Shown here: positions 1-12,613 of the stretch, piece after piece | Layout: every line of letters begins with the position of its first letter | Numbering within the stretch: the first letter of the stretch is position 1 | DNA from: Lama glama | Taxonomy: Eukaryota | Length of the DNA stretch: 64,000 bases | NCBI GenBank assembly: GCA_028534125.1 | Contig: CM052817.1 | Span: forward strand, 84,880,001 to 84,944,000 | Direction: 5' to 3' | Position numbers and translations under genes: made by a program | Notes under the pieces: generated by a model | The model's input: the letters and a program-made list of their open reading frames with translations, nothing else | What the model was told of the DNA's origin: nothing | The model's database searches: none

Positions 1-279
1 CAGGGAGAAGGAAATGAATATCTAAGCACGTTTTTTGTTTTGTTTTTCAGTGCAATTAAATTCCCCTAAGGCAGGCACTTTGTATTGTTCCAGGCTTTTC
101 TCCCTGGGCCTAGGATTGTGCCTTGCATTTTGTCGATATGCTAAAAATAGATCCATGGTGAATTAAATGAGTGAGTAAATGAGTAAAAATTAGCAAAAAG
201 GAGTTCACATAATAAAGAAGAAAGGCAGGTTTCTGAAAGGAGTTTTAGATGTGTGAGATATGTATTATAAACCTTGATC

Positions 280-410
280 AGGATAAGCTAGCCACAGACC
301 CTATTCACTCACCAGTAAAATGAGGACAATAATACCTCATAGTTCTTCTTGTGAGGATTATGTGAAGTAATAGGAAATAGATGGCCCATACTGAATACTA
401 GATAAAAGTT
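280..410 (+). mobile_element. MIR SINE fragment
   Basis: MIR core-like 'gtaaaatgaggacaataatacctcatag...tgtgaggatta'. Confidence 0.7.
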
Positions 411-416
411 AAGTAG

Positions 417-443
417 TTGTTGTTGTTGTTGTTGTTGTTGTTT
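417..443. repeat. (TTG)n microsatellite
   Basis: Direct reading of ttgttgttg... run. Confidence 0.95.
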
Positions 444-494
444 TAATTAGCTCCAGTCATCTCCCCCTTTCTCCTTCTTTGGCTCTTTGTAGGT

Positions 495-625
495 AAGTAA
501 TCTTGGGGAAATTACACTTTTTTTGTCATTGTTTCTCCCTTTGTTACCAGGGAGCATTATACATGAATGTTTCTTTGAGGATTAAATGAGACTCTGCACA
601 GGAAAATTCTGAAGCCTAATAGACA
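495..625 (+). mobile_element. degenerate MIR fragment
   Basis: 'ttggggaaattac...gtttctccc...gaggattaaatgaga'. Confidence 0.55.
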
Positions 626-1010
626 TTCTGGTGTTTATGTAATACATTATTATTATTTGGTAAAATCACTGTATTTCCATTGTTACATAAATAATAGTAT
701 AGTGTAGTATCTATTGGTCTCTCTATAGTCAGTATGCTCCAAGTTCCTCGAGGAAATCCCTGACTTTTCCTGTCTTTGCAAAAGCTACTCTTCCCTTACT
801 GTCTTTTCCCATTCCCTCCATGATCCATGTCAAAGAAGGAAAGAAGGAGCAGCTCTGATCTGAGTCAAGGTCAAAAAAGAGCCCTCAAGAATACTTACTT
901 ATGTAACAATATTAAGGAGTGGAATATTTATTGGGAAGAATGATGGGATTAAAGATGAAACTGAAAAAGAATAGTTATTTTCTTGGGCCATTTCTTCTTT
1001 GGTTACTTTA

Positions 1011-1242
1011 CAGTTTCTCAGCATCAACACTATTGATATTTTGGGCTGGATAAATTTTTGGGGGGTTTGCAGGTTGTCTTTTACATTATGGGATCGTCAG
1101 CTGCATCCTTGGCCTCTACCCATTGGATGCTCATAGTACCCTCCTAGTTGTGACAACCAAAAATGTCTTCAGGTATTGCCAAATATTCCCTGGTGGGATT
1201 GAGGGGGTGGTGGTGGGAAATAGCTCTCAATTGAGAACACTG
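1011..1242. mobile_element. MER20 (hAT-Charlie MITE)
   Basis: Termini cagtttctca...ttgagaacactg; internal 'cactattgatattttgggctggataa' and 'agttgtgacaaccaaaaatgtcttcag...ttgccaaat' match MER20. Confidence 0.9.
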
Positions 1243-1559
1243 ATTTACTGCAACAAGGGGATGGATTAAAGAGAGTTTCCCATTAAAAGGGTCTCCTCTC
1301 AGCCTTAGAAGAAAAGGAGATGTAGGCTGAACCCTAGCATAACATAAATAAGGAGGGAGCAATCTGATATTAAGTCATTTTCTTTCACTCCCTCCTGCTT
1401 AGGAGTAATATATTCAGTGTGGGCTTGTGTTTGGATGACTTTGGTTCCAGTTTCATGAAACTAACAGTTTACAGCTGATATTCTGGTATAATAATGCTCC
1501 TTTTTATTCTCAAATGTGTCGCCATTTGTACAATAAGTTATATGGTCACCTTAGCTAAT

Positions 1560-1840
1560 GTAGTGATCACTATTTTAAATGCTGTGAATTCAGGGGTTAA
1601 AAACATAACAAAGTCCACTCTTTCCTATCTGGAGCTCATGTTACAAGTGAGGAGCAAGAAAATCAATGTATTGTACAATATTGGTTAGTTACAAGTGTCA
1701 TAAAAATGCAGAACACGGAGCTAGGGAGTGAGAAGAGGGGGCTGGGATACTCCTTTAAATAATGTAGTTAGGAGGACTTCTTCCAATACCGGTAGTGCCA
1801 TTTGAGTGGAGACCTAATGCTGTGTGGGTGTGGATCAGAC
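1560..1840 (-). mobile_element. L2 LINE 3' fragment
   Basis: 'aacaaagtccactctttcctatctggagctcatgttacaagtg' and 'catttgagtggagacct' are typical of antisense L2. Confidence 0.6.
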
Positions 1841-1927
1841 TTGTCATGGCTGTCTCTAATCTAGACTTAAGTTAAAGGAGCAAAACCTTCACTTGGGTTT
1901 TATTTTCGTATCATCCATATGAATCTC

Positions 1928-2030
1928 CCAGGCAAATCCAGGTTTTGTCTGTTCTTAATATTATACAATGTGGGGTGGGGTACTATTAAAAATAATATAA
2001 AATTATGAATATCAATTAGGTGAGAGGAAG
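1928..2030. mobile_element. MER53-like hAT DNA transposon fragment
   Basis: 'caggcaaatccaggttttgt...ttatacaatgtgggg...aaaattatgaatatcaattagg' resembles the MER53 end. Confidence 0.55.
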
Positions 2031-4049
2031 TAAAGCATAAGTTTTCTTAGCTCGATGATTACTCTACGTCTGGGGTCTGAGATTGTAATCAAGGGACTGG
2101 GGGCAGAGTCCTGCTGGAAAGGAAGAGTGAAAACTTCCCCGAGGGTTTACCTCTCTTCCAGCAACCAGTGAGAGTGGTGGGCCTGGTGAGAGAGGGGAGG
2201 ATCCCGAGGCATCGCTAACACCTCGAGTCACACAGGTTTGCATAACACCCACTATTTTCACTTCCTTGTGGGTGGGTTGTACTACCCCTACCTGAGCAGT
2301 TACCCACAACATTGTATTTTGGGTCAGCAACTGTATGTTATTTTGTGAGAGAGTCCACAAAAGGAGCTTTGAGGAATAGGTGATTTTTAAAGTACCATTA
2401 ATGTTTTTAATGATAGCTGACAAGTAATTAGCCTAAAAACCATTCTAATCAAGTGTCTTGAGTGATTAAACCTGTCCAGTAAAAGTAAAGGATGTCTCAT
2501 TTGATAAGAAGAGTATATGTTCCATGCAGTTTATTCCATTAAATGAGGTGCTCCATTGTGAGCAGATTCAGAAGCTCTTTGTTCTTTCTCTTAAACCCCA
2601 TAGCTTCAAACTATGGTCCTATTTGAAATCTGTCAGCTGAGGTTTTAACCATAACACCAGTCTTATCTTTTCAAAAGGATTGGATCAAAGTAGCTTAGTT
2701 TTCATCTGAGTTTAACAGGGAAAATGGCCTGTGGCTGTCACTGTAATGAGAAGGTTCCCAAGTGGCGAGCACTAAAGAATACAGTGATGTGTTGCCTTCA
2801 CGTTTATCATCCGAAATTCTAATCTCTAAATATGTTAAAAAAAAAAACAAAAAAACAAAAAAAAACCCTACAAGTCTTCAGAGAAATGTGAGTTGGTAAT
2901 ATAATTCACTATTTCACCTGTGAAAAGAGCTTAATGAGAACTAAATATTTCTTCAAACTAGGTCAAAATCAAGGGTAGCGACTCATGTCATGTATCTTTA
3001 AACATCAGACCCTGCTTCAGAGAAGCAGTGCATCATGGAAACGAGCAGGTAATGTTCATGATGGGCTGCATTACTAGATATTGTATTGGAAACAAGAAAA
3101 ATCAAATTTAGGCATTTGTACAAAGTTTGAATAATGGAATTTTCTTTTGAGCATGAAATTAATATTTCAGCTACTAACCCAGAACTGCAGTCTTTGTTTT
3201 CACATTTTTTTCTTACATTATCAACAAGCGTAAAAAAAAAGAATGTGAGTATTTTTTGATTTGAATTTTTCCCTGATGGAAGTATGTCCTTTAATATGTA
3301 AAGAAGAGGCTTGTGTTTATCTTCTTTCTGTCCAAAAACTTGAAGAAGCTGAGTTTTTACTTCTACTTGGTAGGTTATTTTACTCTAATGTTTCAGTTGG
3401 CATCTTTTCCCCTCTGCCTTCAAATATATTAACATGGAGACTTCTGGAAATATCTTTCACTAGTGCATGTGTTGGTCTTATTATTACATGTACATATTTA
3501 TCTGAGTGAGAAATGGATCTGAAAATTGAGTATGATTAATCACTTGTAGAAGTGTCAATCAGTCTGCCTAGATGGGAATAAAACCAATTTGGAATTTCTG
3601 TAAGATTTTTTTAAAACAAATTGTGAACATAGCTAACATATTTATATACATATACATATATATACACACACCAATTTATGAGCAGAAATTACTTCTATAT
3701 TTACTAACTGTTTCACAATTCTTCAGAGAGTTAAAATATCATATGATGGTGCTAGGTATAAAATTTGCATTTGGTTCAATGTTTTGACATACATTTTCCC
3801 TAAAATTCAAAAAAAAAAAGTATACAACTCTCTATGATTTAATATCTATACTGAATTTTGAATACAGTATAATTATGATTACCAGGTGGTTTGGATATGA
3901 AAGCACATTTTAAAAAATTGACTATTATATAATAATATATTTTATTATAAAAACTAAAAATTTAGAAGATAGCAGCATGTTAAAAATAACTGGGCTTTTA
4001 TTAAATAAATTATTCCTTACACATAAAACTCTTTGAGGCACAGACTGTT

Positions 4050-4530
4050 AACTCCTTCCCATTATCTGTTACCCCCTTTCTCTTTGTAACAGAATCCCAG
4101 ATACTAAGTGGACACAAAGACATAACAGATAAGACTAATAAGACTGCATTTCTCAGTGTCCTTTAAAGCTGGTATGACTAAGTTGTTGCCAGTAAGGTGT
4201 AAACAAAATGTTACATGGTACTTTTGGAAACTTTTCTCAAAAAGAAGGGTTCTTGCCTCTCTTCTGCTCTCTGACCAACTCATTCTCTGGCATATAAATG
4301 TGATGACTGGAGTTCTAGAGCCGTCTTGGTTGACAAGACTGAAAGCAACATCTCAGAAATAGCAAAGAAGTGAGCTTCCTAAGGGGCTCAGGATGTTTAT
4401 AGACTTTATGGAACTGCTCTGCTCATCTTGAACATCTACCTCTGGAATTCTTTGTGTGTGAGAGAAATAAACGTGTTTTGTTTGAGCCACTGTTATTTTT
4501 TGCATGTGGCCCAACCTCTTCCCAAATAGT
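4050..4530 (+). mobile_element. MLT1 (MLT1J-like) MaLR solo LTR
   Basis: 'actgcatttctcag...atgactaagtt' and 3' 'gagagaaataaacgtgttttgtttgagccactgtt' LTR poly(A) region. Confidence 0.75.
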
Positions 4531-5009
4531 ATGCAATATAATCATTTAAATCATGTTTTTAAAGAATATTTAATGATGGGGAAAATGCAGGTGATATGTT
4601 AAGTAAAATGAATAAATTAAATTGTTAATTAACAGACAAATAAACCAAGCTGCTGACAGCTTTTATCATCTTTACTTTCTTCTTTACATAAAATTTATGT
4701 ACATTGTTGCTTATTTCTTTATAAAAAAGTAGTCCACTTAGAACGGTTAAAAAGATTTTTATACATACTGGAAAATCAATATCTACAATGGTTGTTTTAA
4801 TCTAACTTTCCATGAAGCCAGTAGCATAAATAAAATGCTGTTTTCTTGCTTCATACAGAACACAGAGTATTACTCTGAAACATTAAAAATTTGATTATTT
4901 TTCACTACTGTTTGGCACATGGCTTTTCACTTTTTTTATTAAAAATTAGGGGGTTTTCTCTTTAAAAATTATTGGTGAAATGTTAATAATCTGAACCAAA
5001 TGAGTGACA

Positions 5010-6760
5010 GACATAGAAGGGTCAAGGATGATTCCCAGGTTTTTGGCCTGAGCAACTGGAAGTATAAAATCTACTCTGATGGAGAGGGGTAAGGGTAGAA
5101 GGGGTCCTCCAAACTAAACTTTGGAGGCATATCCAAAATTTATTCTTTGTTTTTTAATGGATGTATAATTGACTACTATACATACTACAGTAATTCCAGG
5201 TGAGCAACATAGTGATTTGGTATTTCTATTCATTACAAAATGATCATTACAATAAGTCTAGTTACATCTGTCCCTTGCAGATATTACAATATCATTGACA
5301 ATATTCCCCATGACTCTAAAATTTAGTCTCAAGTGTGGTAACCATGAGATGTCTTTCAGAAATCCAACCAGAGATGTAGGGAAGTTGGATATATGTTTCT
5401 GGAATTCAGGAGGGAGGCTTGAGCCAAAGATATAAATCTGGGATTCATCTGCTTGTAGATGATATTTAAATCCTGAAGTGGATGAGATCATCAAGTCAAT
5501 GAATATCTAAAAAGAAGAGATGAGAAAAAATGAGGCAAGAGAAAATTTAAAATGCTGTGGTCCCCTGAAGTCATGTGAAGGATTTGCATTAGGAAGGAAA
5601 GCATGATAAACTATGTCAAAGGTTGATGATAGGACAGATAAAATGAGGACAGAGAAATGAGGACAGAGAAGTATTTAAGCATGTGGAAATCACTGGAATC
5701 TTAATGAGAGTGGTTTGGTGAGAGGTGGGGACCAAAGCCTGATAGAAATGGATTTAAAAGAAACTCATCAAAGAGGAAACTTGGGTAGAGTGATTATAGA
5801 CTGGCCTTTCATGGAGTTTTGCAGTAAAGGAGAGGACAGATGTGGGACAGAAGTTAGCACAGAAAGTGAGGTCTAGAGAAAGTTTTTTTGTTTTGAATTA
5901 ATATGGGAAAAATAACAACATGTTTTTATACCAGTAGCAGTGATCCAGGAAAGACACAAAAATTAATGAAGCTGGAAACAGAGGGAAGAAGAACTGGGAC
6001 TTCATCTTGGGAGAGAATGTGATCAAGTATGCATGTGGAGAGACTGGCTTGAGAAAAGAACAGAGTTCACTGATAGGAACAGGCAGAAAGGCAGGTAAAA
6101 TGGGTGCAAACACTGGTAGGTGGTGGATGTAGGGGTGCTTGTTACCAGATGCTCCATTCTGATTGCTTCGGTTATAATGGGGAAGCAAGGTCATCAGTGG
6201 AGAGTGAGGGTAGACAAGGAGATATTTGAAGTCTGAGGAAGAAGGATCAGTGTGAAATATTAATAGTGCTAGTAGAGAGTGAATGGACCAAAGAAACACA
6301 ATATGAATGACAAACAGCGTTGAGAGTCCACTTGAGGTTTGTGGTCATAAATTTAAAGTGGGGCCAGTCAGCATGGTTATGTGTTTTTCTCCACTTACTT
6401 TCAGCTGCATGGGTGCAGGCATAAAGTAGCTGAAAATTGGATTTAACCTGGATTGTCTTTTAGTCACAGGAGTATAAGAAAGGGAGAAATGACCAAGACA
6501 ATTTTGTGAGAATTCAAGGAAATGAGTATAGGGAACGTCCATGGAATTAAATAGACTACAGAGAGAAAGAAGCATAGCCAGTGGGTGAGACAAAAAGGTA
6601 AATAGATTGGAAATCTCAGTGGGCTAGAAAGATTTCAGGAGTCAGGATGCTAAAGGGAATGAATTGGAAAGATGGGGGATGATTACCTCGGGTATAACCA
6701 CAAGAGTGGCTCAGGTTGGATGGAGGATAGGACAGTTAGAGGAATTTAGGGAACTGAATT
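5010..6760 (-). mobile_element. long L2 LINE fragment, interrupted by a short L1
   Basis: 'gtcaaggatgattcccaggtttttggcctgagcaactggaag', 'ggatgagatcatcaag'; purine-rich antisense L2 ORF2-like sequence. Confidence 0.8.
5147..5314 (-). mobile_element. short 5'-truncated L1 3' end inserted in L2
   Basis: T-rich tail then 'tataattgac...caacatagtgatttggtattt...aaaatgatcattacaataagtctagtt'; degenerate TSD tccaaaatttattct (5132-5146) / tctaaaatttagtct (5315-5329). Confidence 0.75.
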
Positions 6761-7789
6761 TTTAAAAAATCTTGAAGCTTGATTTTTTAAATAATTTCGT
6801 AAACTTTTAATTTAAAAAAGACAAATTTGGAAACTTCTTTAATACCATTATGTCTGAATTAAAGAGGTAAGTCTATATATTTCTGTTAACATCTGTTTAG
6901 GGAAAGAAATAGGGTATCTGAATATTTTTTTTTCCCTAGAAATGAAGAGCTAGAAAGTGACACTATGTTAATTTTGACGTTAGTTTGATATTTTATAGGG
7001 TTGAACCATACAAAATTGCTGATACACTAACTCTAACCTATAAAGTGGCAGTTTCCTATGTCTAACCTAATACGCATGTATGAGTGCATACAGCTATGCA
7101 CACGCATGAGTAAGGCGACATTGCTTAGACAAAAGTGAAAGAAAAACGGGTTTGAGATTCTGTCTATAGGAATAGGCTTCCCAAAAAAGAAACATTAGTT
7201 TCTCTTTTAAGAAGAAGAAAAATTAAGGCAGAGCAGGCAGACAAGAAATGACTTTCATTTTCTATCTTTACAGTCTTCCTCTCTGGGCTCATTCTTGGCA
7301 GACTCATTATCAGAAGCTAGATGTCACTGATGTTTTTAATATTTTGGTTATAAAAATAATGCATGAACACATCTTTATTTTCAAAAGATACAGACAATAT
7401 AAAAATTTATGTAGTAGAATATGAAAGTTATTTTCTCCTTTTCCTTCCCAACTTCAACTGCTTTTCCCAGAGGTAACCCCTGCAAAGTGCTTTTAGTCTC
7501 CTTTCTATGCCTTGGTCTGTACCTACTTGTGCATATAAACACAGCTCTCCTCCTCCTCCTCCTCCTCTTCTCCTTTTCCTTCTTCCTCCTCCTTTCACAT
7601 AAATGGGAAAGTAATACAGGTATATCTTTTCCCTTGGATTTTTCATTTAGTGATATATTTTATGGATCTTTCTATACCGAAATGTATAGAGCTACTTCAC
7701 TTTAAATGGCTACTTTTGTTCAGTAGTATTTATGTATCATAATTTATTTCACCACCTCTCTACTTATGGATTTTAGATTACTAAAAGTA

Positions 7790-7900
7790 AATGATGATAA
7801 TAATAATCCTACTTTCAAGGGATATTTTGAGTTGAAAAAATAACTACAGGTAAAACACTTATGAGAGTACCTTGCATGTAGGAAGCACTCAAAATAGCAT
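7790..7900 (+). mobile_element. MIR fragment
   Basis: 'atgataataataatcctactttcaaggg...taaaacactta...ccttgcatgtaggaagcactcaa'. Confidence 0.65.
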
Positions 7901-8096
7901 TTGACAATACCAATCTTTTTATTTTTCCATGTCTGATGGAGGCAGATGATGACATATTGCTCTTTTATTTGCTTTTCCTGATTAATGATGATTTTGAGTA
8001 TCTCTCCATATTTGTACCTTTCATTTTATTTTCTCCAACTGCCAGTTTATATCCTTTACAATTAATCTTTATTGGTTTAGTGACTCATATGTTCTG

Positions 8097-8505
8097 TAAT
8101 TTTCTGCTTTGGTAGTGTCTTTTATCTGATTTGCTATCATTTCATAGAATGAGTTTGAGAGTGGCCCGTCATCTTCAATCTTCTGGAATTGTTTAAGAAG
8201 GATTGGTATGAGCTCTTCTTTGTATGTTTGATAGAATTCCCCAGTGAAGCCATTCAGTCATGGACTTCCGTTTGCAGGGAGTTTTTTTGATTACAGAATC
8301 TGTTTCACTTCTAGTGATTGGTCTGTTAAAATAATCTATTTCTTCTTGATTCAGTTTTGGTGGACTGTATGTTTCTAGAAACTTGTCCATTTCTTCTAAG
8401 TTGTCCAATCTGTTGGAATATCATTTTTCATAGTATTCTCTTATGGTGTTTTGTATTTCTGTTGTATCAGCTGTAATTTCTCCTCTTTCATTTCTTACTC
8501 TGGGA
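8097..8505 (-). mobile_element. internal L1 ORF2 fragment with 14-bp TSD
   Basis: ORF 8193-8408(-) MDNLEEMDKFLETYSPPKLNQEEID is L1 ORF2; flanked by actcatatgttctg at 8083-8096 and 8506-8519. Confidence 0.9.
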
Positions 8506-11099
8506 ACTCATATGTTCTGGATATAGTTCTTTGAGTGTTAAATACACGGAAATATTTTATCCTAATTTATCATTTAGTTTGGAACTTTTAAAATATCTAT
8601 AGTGAACACTTTCGATGTCCCTTGTTACATCACTTTGGTCTCTGATTCCAGCTGTAGTCATAATGGACTGTATCCCACCTCAAGCCTGCACCACATCCCT
8701 CAGGACCTTGTCTAAAGACCTGAGCTTCCCCAACCAGTGTATAATTGCAGCCCAGAAGCTAAAAGGTGAAAATGTCCCCAAGGGCAGTTCTTAACCTGTC
8801 AGTGACAGGAGCCAGAGGATAAATGTCCCAGACTCCCTTCCTTTCACTAGACAATTCTAGGAGGCATTATTCGTGCTTCTCTAAGATCCCTGAGTAATTT
8901 AGACCCCCATTGCCTCCAAATGTATACTTATACTTGCTTTTCCTGGTTCCCTTTCTTTTTTTTCCCAGATATTCTACTCCTGCCTCCTAGGTTCATCTCC
9001 CAAATAAATTACCTGTCCCCACATCACAGACTTTTACAGGAGACCATTTTTACAAATGAGACCAATTGAGGCAACTGATAATGGAGTTGGTCTGAGAGAT
9101 CAGACTGTCAGGGTAGGATACCAGAAATGGATCCTGTTAGATGACAACAATTACTATGTTACATTTGATAAGTGGGATGGTAATGCTATATAATGGTGAT
9201 AGTGGGATGATGTCTTTTATAGGTGGGATGTTGATGGATGAAATTCCAAAAACTCTCAATTATGGATTATTGGAATGAGTTAAAAGTAGAAGTCGAAGGA
9301 TTGGGTTATGCATTACCACTAGCAGTGGAATGAGACAGGGGCAGTAGCAATTATGAGGATCGTGGATTTGATGACCTGTTAACAACCTTAGAATTCTTGG
9401 GGAAAGAGAATGATAGACTCACTCCCCTCTCTAAGCAGAGACTGATCTCCTGCAGCCAGAAGGAAGGCTAGATAGGGCTTAATTCGAAGGATGGCAGCAG
9501 TGCAAAGGAGATTTATGTCAGCCTCAATGAATCAACTATGTTAAAGTCAGAAAACAAATTTTGAAAGACTCAGAATCTGAGACTGGGATGGGAACAGTTG
9601 GATGGATGAGCCTGAGAACTCTGAACCTAAATTTCTCACCCAGTCTTTTATTCAGCTCCTCTTCCCTTCTAGAGAAGAGCAACATGCCCTTACCGTTTCC
9701 ACACAAAGGTATCATCTGAGGTGATGCCCTTTGAGTTGATGCTTATTATTCTCAAGAGTCCATCCTGTGTGCCATTGTTGTGTTTATTCAGTAACTAGAA
9801 TCACAGTAGAGCCTAACCTGAGTGGACAATTATTCTGGCTGTTCCTAACTCCAGGAATGAAATAGCTTATTCACTGACAGAATAGTAGAATGTAGCTAAT
9901 ACTCACAGGAAGGAAACAGCAGAGCATGTACAGAAGTGGATTTCTGAAAGTGCAGAACCAGGCAAGGCTGATAGTTCAGAATATAAAGGCTGGACAAGGG
10001 AGAATTTATTGGCATAAGAACACTCTCCTTCACCAGGATACTTGAATCCTGTTTTATGTGGTTTTAGTATGGCCCCTTGAAGCTTAGACATGATGGTGGT
10101 CTTTAATAAAGGAGCTGGAGATGCAGTAACTATTTTGTCAGCATATTGTGGAAGGGGTCAGAGGAGAGAGAGGAGAGAATATTACAATATATTTTTTATA
10201 TGAGGTTAAAAAACCCACTTCTTTATCAAGAAAAAGTCCAAAATGGCCCTTCCTTCAATGAAGTAATGAAGAATGGACTTGTGAGGGGACACTAACATGG
10301 TTGAGAAGCTCAGGGGCTCTTATCTCCTGAAGGCTAGTGTTGACAGTGGAGTGGACTGCTGTGGAACTGGACTCACAGTGATAGATTAGTGGAAAATTAG
10401 AGGCTAGGAGCTTCTTAGGCATTGGGGGTGAGTGGGATATAATTACTAAAATGAACAGTAGGTTAGAGTGGTAATCAGGTTGCCTTAACAGTGATCTCTG
10501 GCAATGACTTTTAGACCATGGTGATCCTAGGGTGAGAAAGATGGGCAATCAAGCAGGATATTTTTTTGACTTGTATAACCAAAAACATAGTAATAAAATT
10601 TTTGAAAAGCTGAATGGAAGAAATCTATTTGTTGTTGACATAATGAAAAAATCCAGTGCCTCACCCTGGTTCAAAGAGTGACCCTATTCTCACACCTAGA
10701 TGTAACCAATTGAAGTGAAGTCCAGGTCCCCTTGAGGAGGATCTTGTAACATCAATCCAAGAATACATAAAAAATATTTCCTCATTCTTCTCCAATCCAG
10801 GTTAACTGTATACAGGGGGAAGGACGATTCCTAGGCTTTTGAGGGATATGGGATACAGAGTTTCAGTTGACATTGATACTAAGGGATCCAGAATGCTATC
10901 ATGCCCCCATGGTTAGAAGTAATAAATGAACTCACTGATTAGAAAATCCAAATGGGTCTATAAGCCATCTCTAGTCCCCAAGTGGAATTTCAGAGGTTGA
11001 CACTTCTCTTAAAATGAAAAAAAATACAAGTGGTGATTTTAACGTAGTTCTGTTTAGTTCACCTATATGGTTTATACAGAAACAGGATTATACCATATA

Positions 11100-11700
11100 T
11101 GGGTAAACCACTCTAAGCTTTATCAAATTGTATCAGCAATTCTGGCTGATATACCAGATGTGGTGTTTTTATTGGAGCAGAAACATAACCTCTGGTACTT
11201 GAAATGCTACTTTTGATCTGGTAAATATGTTCTTTTCAATCTGTATCTTTTAAAAAGGATCAAAATCAGTTGTTTTATGGGGGGGACAACAGTGCACATT
11301 TACTTTCTTTCTCCAGGGCTGTATTATATCTATGGTTCTCTGCCACTGTATAGTTTGAAGGATCCTTGATAATTTTGACATGCTACAGAATTATTATGGC
11401 TACTATATTGATTTTCTCATGCTAATCAGACCTGATGGAAAGGAAGTGGCTGGTACCCTGGATGCTCTACTAAAACACATTTGTAAGAGAGGATGGGAGA
11501 TGAATCCTATAGATACTCAGGGACTCGTCAAATTGATGAAATTCAGGGGGATGGCTTGGGGGACTTGTGAAATGTCCCATCCTGGTAAAGAACAAATCAT
11601 TGCACCTCACATCTTTCAACTCTGAGAAAAATGAACATCGTTTGGCAGCCTTGGTCACTTGGCTTATTTGAATTTTGGATGTAATGTATACTATACTTGA
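11100..11700 (+). pseudogene. decayed ERVL reverse transcriptase (pol)
   Basis: ORF 11380-11625 YIDFLMLIRPDGKEVAGTLDALLKHICKRGWEMNP resembles ERVL YIDDIML...GWEINP; upstream 'gtggtgtttttattggagcag' (VVFLLEQ); stops, frameshifts and a broken YIDD motif. Confidence 0.8.
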
Positions 11701-12278
11701 GCTTTTTGATTACTTAGAAGAATCTAGTTTTGTGTGACATCTAGTTTTTAGCAGCAGAAAACCATTTACCATTTAAAAACAAGATTCTGGGAGGCTACTG
11801 AGCCCTTGTAGGGACCGAGTGCCTTTCCATGATGCAGCAAAGAACCATGAGACTGGAGTGACCTGGTAGAGGAGTTTGTCAGATCCACCAAGTCATAAGG
11901 TTGGGCAGCTACATAGCAATTTATTGCATGATGGAAATTGTATAGTAGGGATTTGGCCCAAACAAGTTCAAAGACAGATAAACCGATGCCTCTTCCGCAG
12001 CTTATACTTCATGGGGCATTCCTTTCAGCTACTTGATGGGGTAGAGGAGGAATTTGGCCCAGAGACTGGCTTAATAATTTAGTATGAGCCAAATGGAATA
12101 CTGATGCACTACAGGCCCGCTAAGGTAGTTCTAAAAGACATTGATGAAAGGAAATTATTTAATCGGGCAGAAATGTGAGCAATATACCTAGTTTTGCACT
12201 TTATATGGAGGGAAAAGTGGCCTAAAGTAAGACTGGTTTCCCATGCAACAGTAAATGGCTCTACTTGTTTGTCTAAGG

Positions 12279-12613
12279 CAGGGGTTGGCAAACGATGTGC
12301 TGAAAGCCATGTCTGCTTCAGTGTCTGTTTTTATATAGCCTGTGAGTTAAAATTGGTTTTATATTTTTAAATGGTTGGAAAAAGTTGAAAAAGAATATTT
12401 CATAATGTGTGAAAATCATATGAAACTCAAATTTGGTTTCCATAAATAATACTTCATTGAAACACAGCCACATATTCATTTATGTAATATTCGTGGCTAT
12501 TTTTTGTGCTATGACGGCAGAGTTGAATAGCTGCAACAGAGATTGTATGGTTCACCAAATCTAAAATAATTTATTATATGCCCCTTTTACAGGGAAAGTT
12601 TATGGACTCCCTG
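12279..12613. mobile_element. MER58B-like hAT MITE inserted in ERVL pol
   Basis: Termini caggggttggcaaac...agtttatggactccctg; degenerate 8-bp TSD gtctaagg/gtcaatgg. Confidence 0.85.

Larger units (their letters stand above)
7330..8592 (-). mobile_element. old L1M (L1ME-like) 3' region, split by MIR, younger L1 and ERVL insertions
   Basis: 'cccagaggtaacccct', 'tttaaatggcta...cataatttattt', 'ttttatttgcttttcctgattaatgatg'. Confidence 0.6.

Noticed and set aside
2064..2423. 119-aa minus-strand ORF
   Set aside because: Non-ATG start and no recognisable protein similarity; compatible with chance.
5641..5670. 14-bp tandem duplication aaatgaggacagag
   Set aside because: Routine slippage duplication inside L2; the same applies to the 23-bp duplication at 63570-63618.
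5898..6593. 133-aa and 82-aa minus-strand ORFs
   Set aside because: They lie within a decayed L2, with no splice or protein-family support.
7546..7595. (CCT)n/(CTT)n tract giving poly-Leu and poly-Gly ORFs
   Set aside because: Simple repeat within an old L1; not coding.
11380..11625. RT-like ORF as a domesticated retroviral gene or novel RT system
   Set aside because: The catalytic YIDD is mutated to YIDF and the surrounding pol is full of stops and frameshifts; this is an ordinary fossil.
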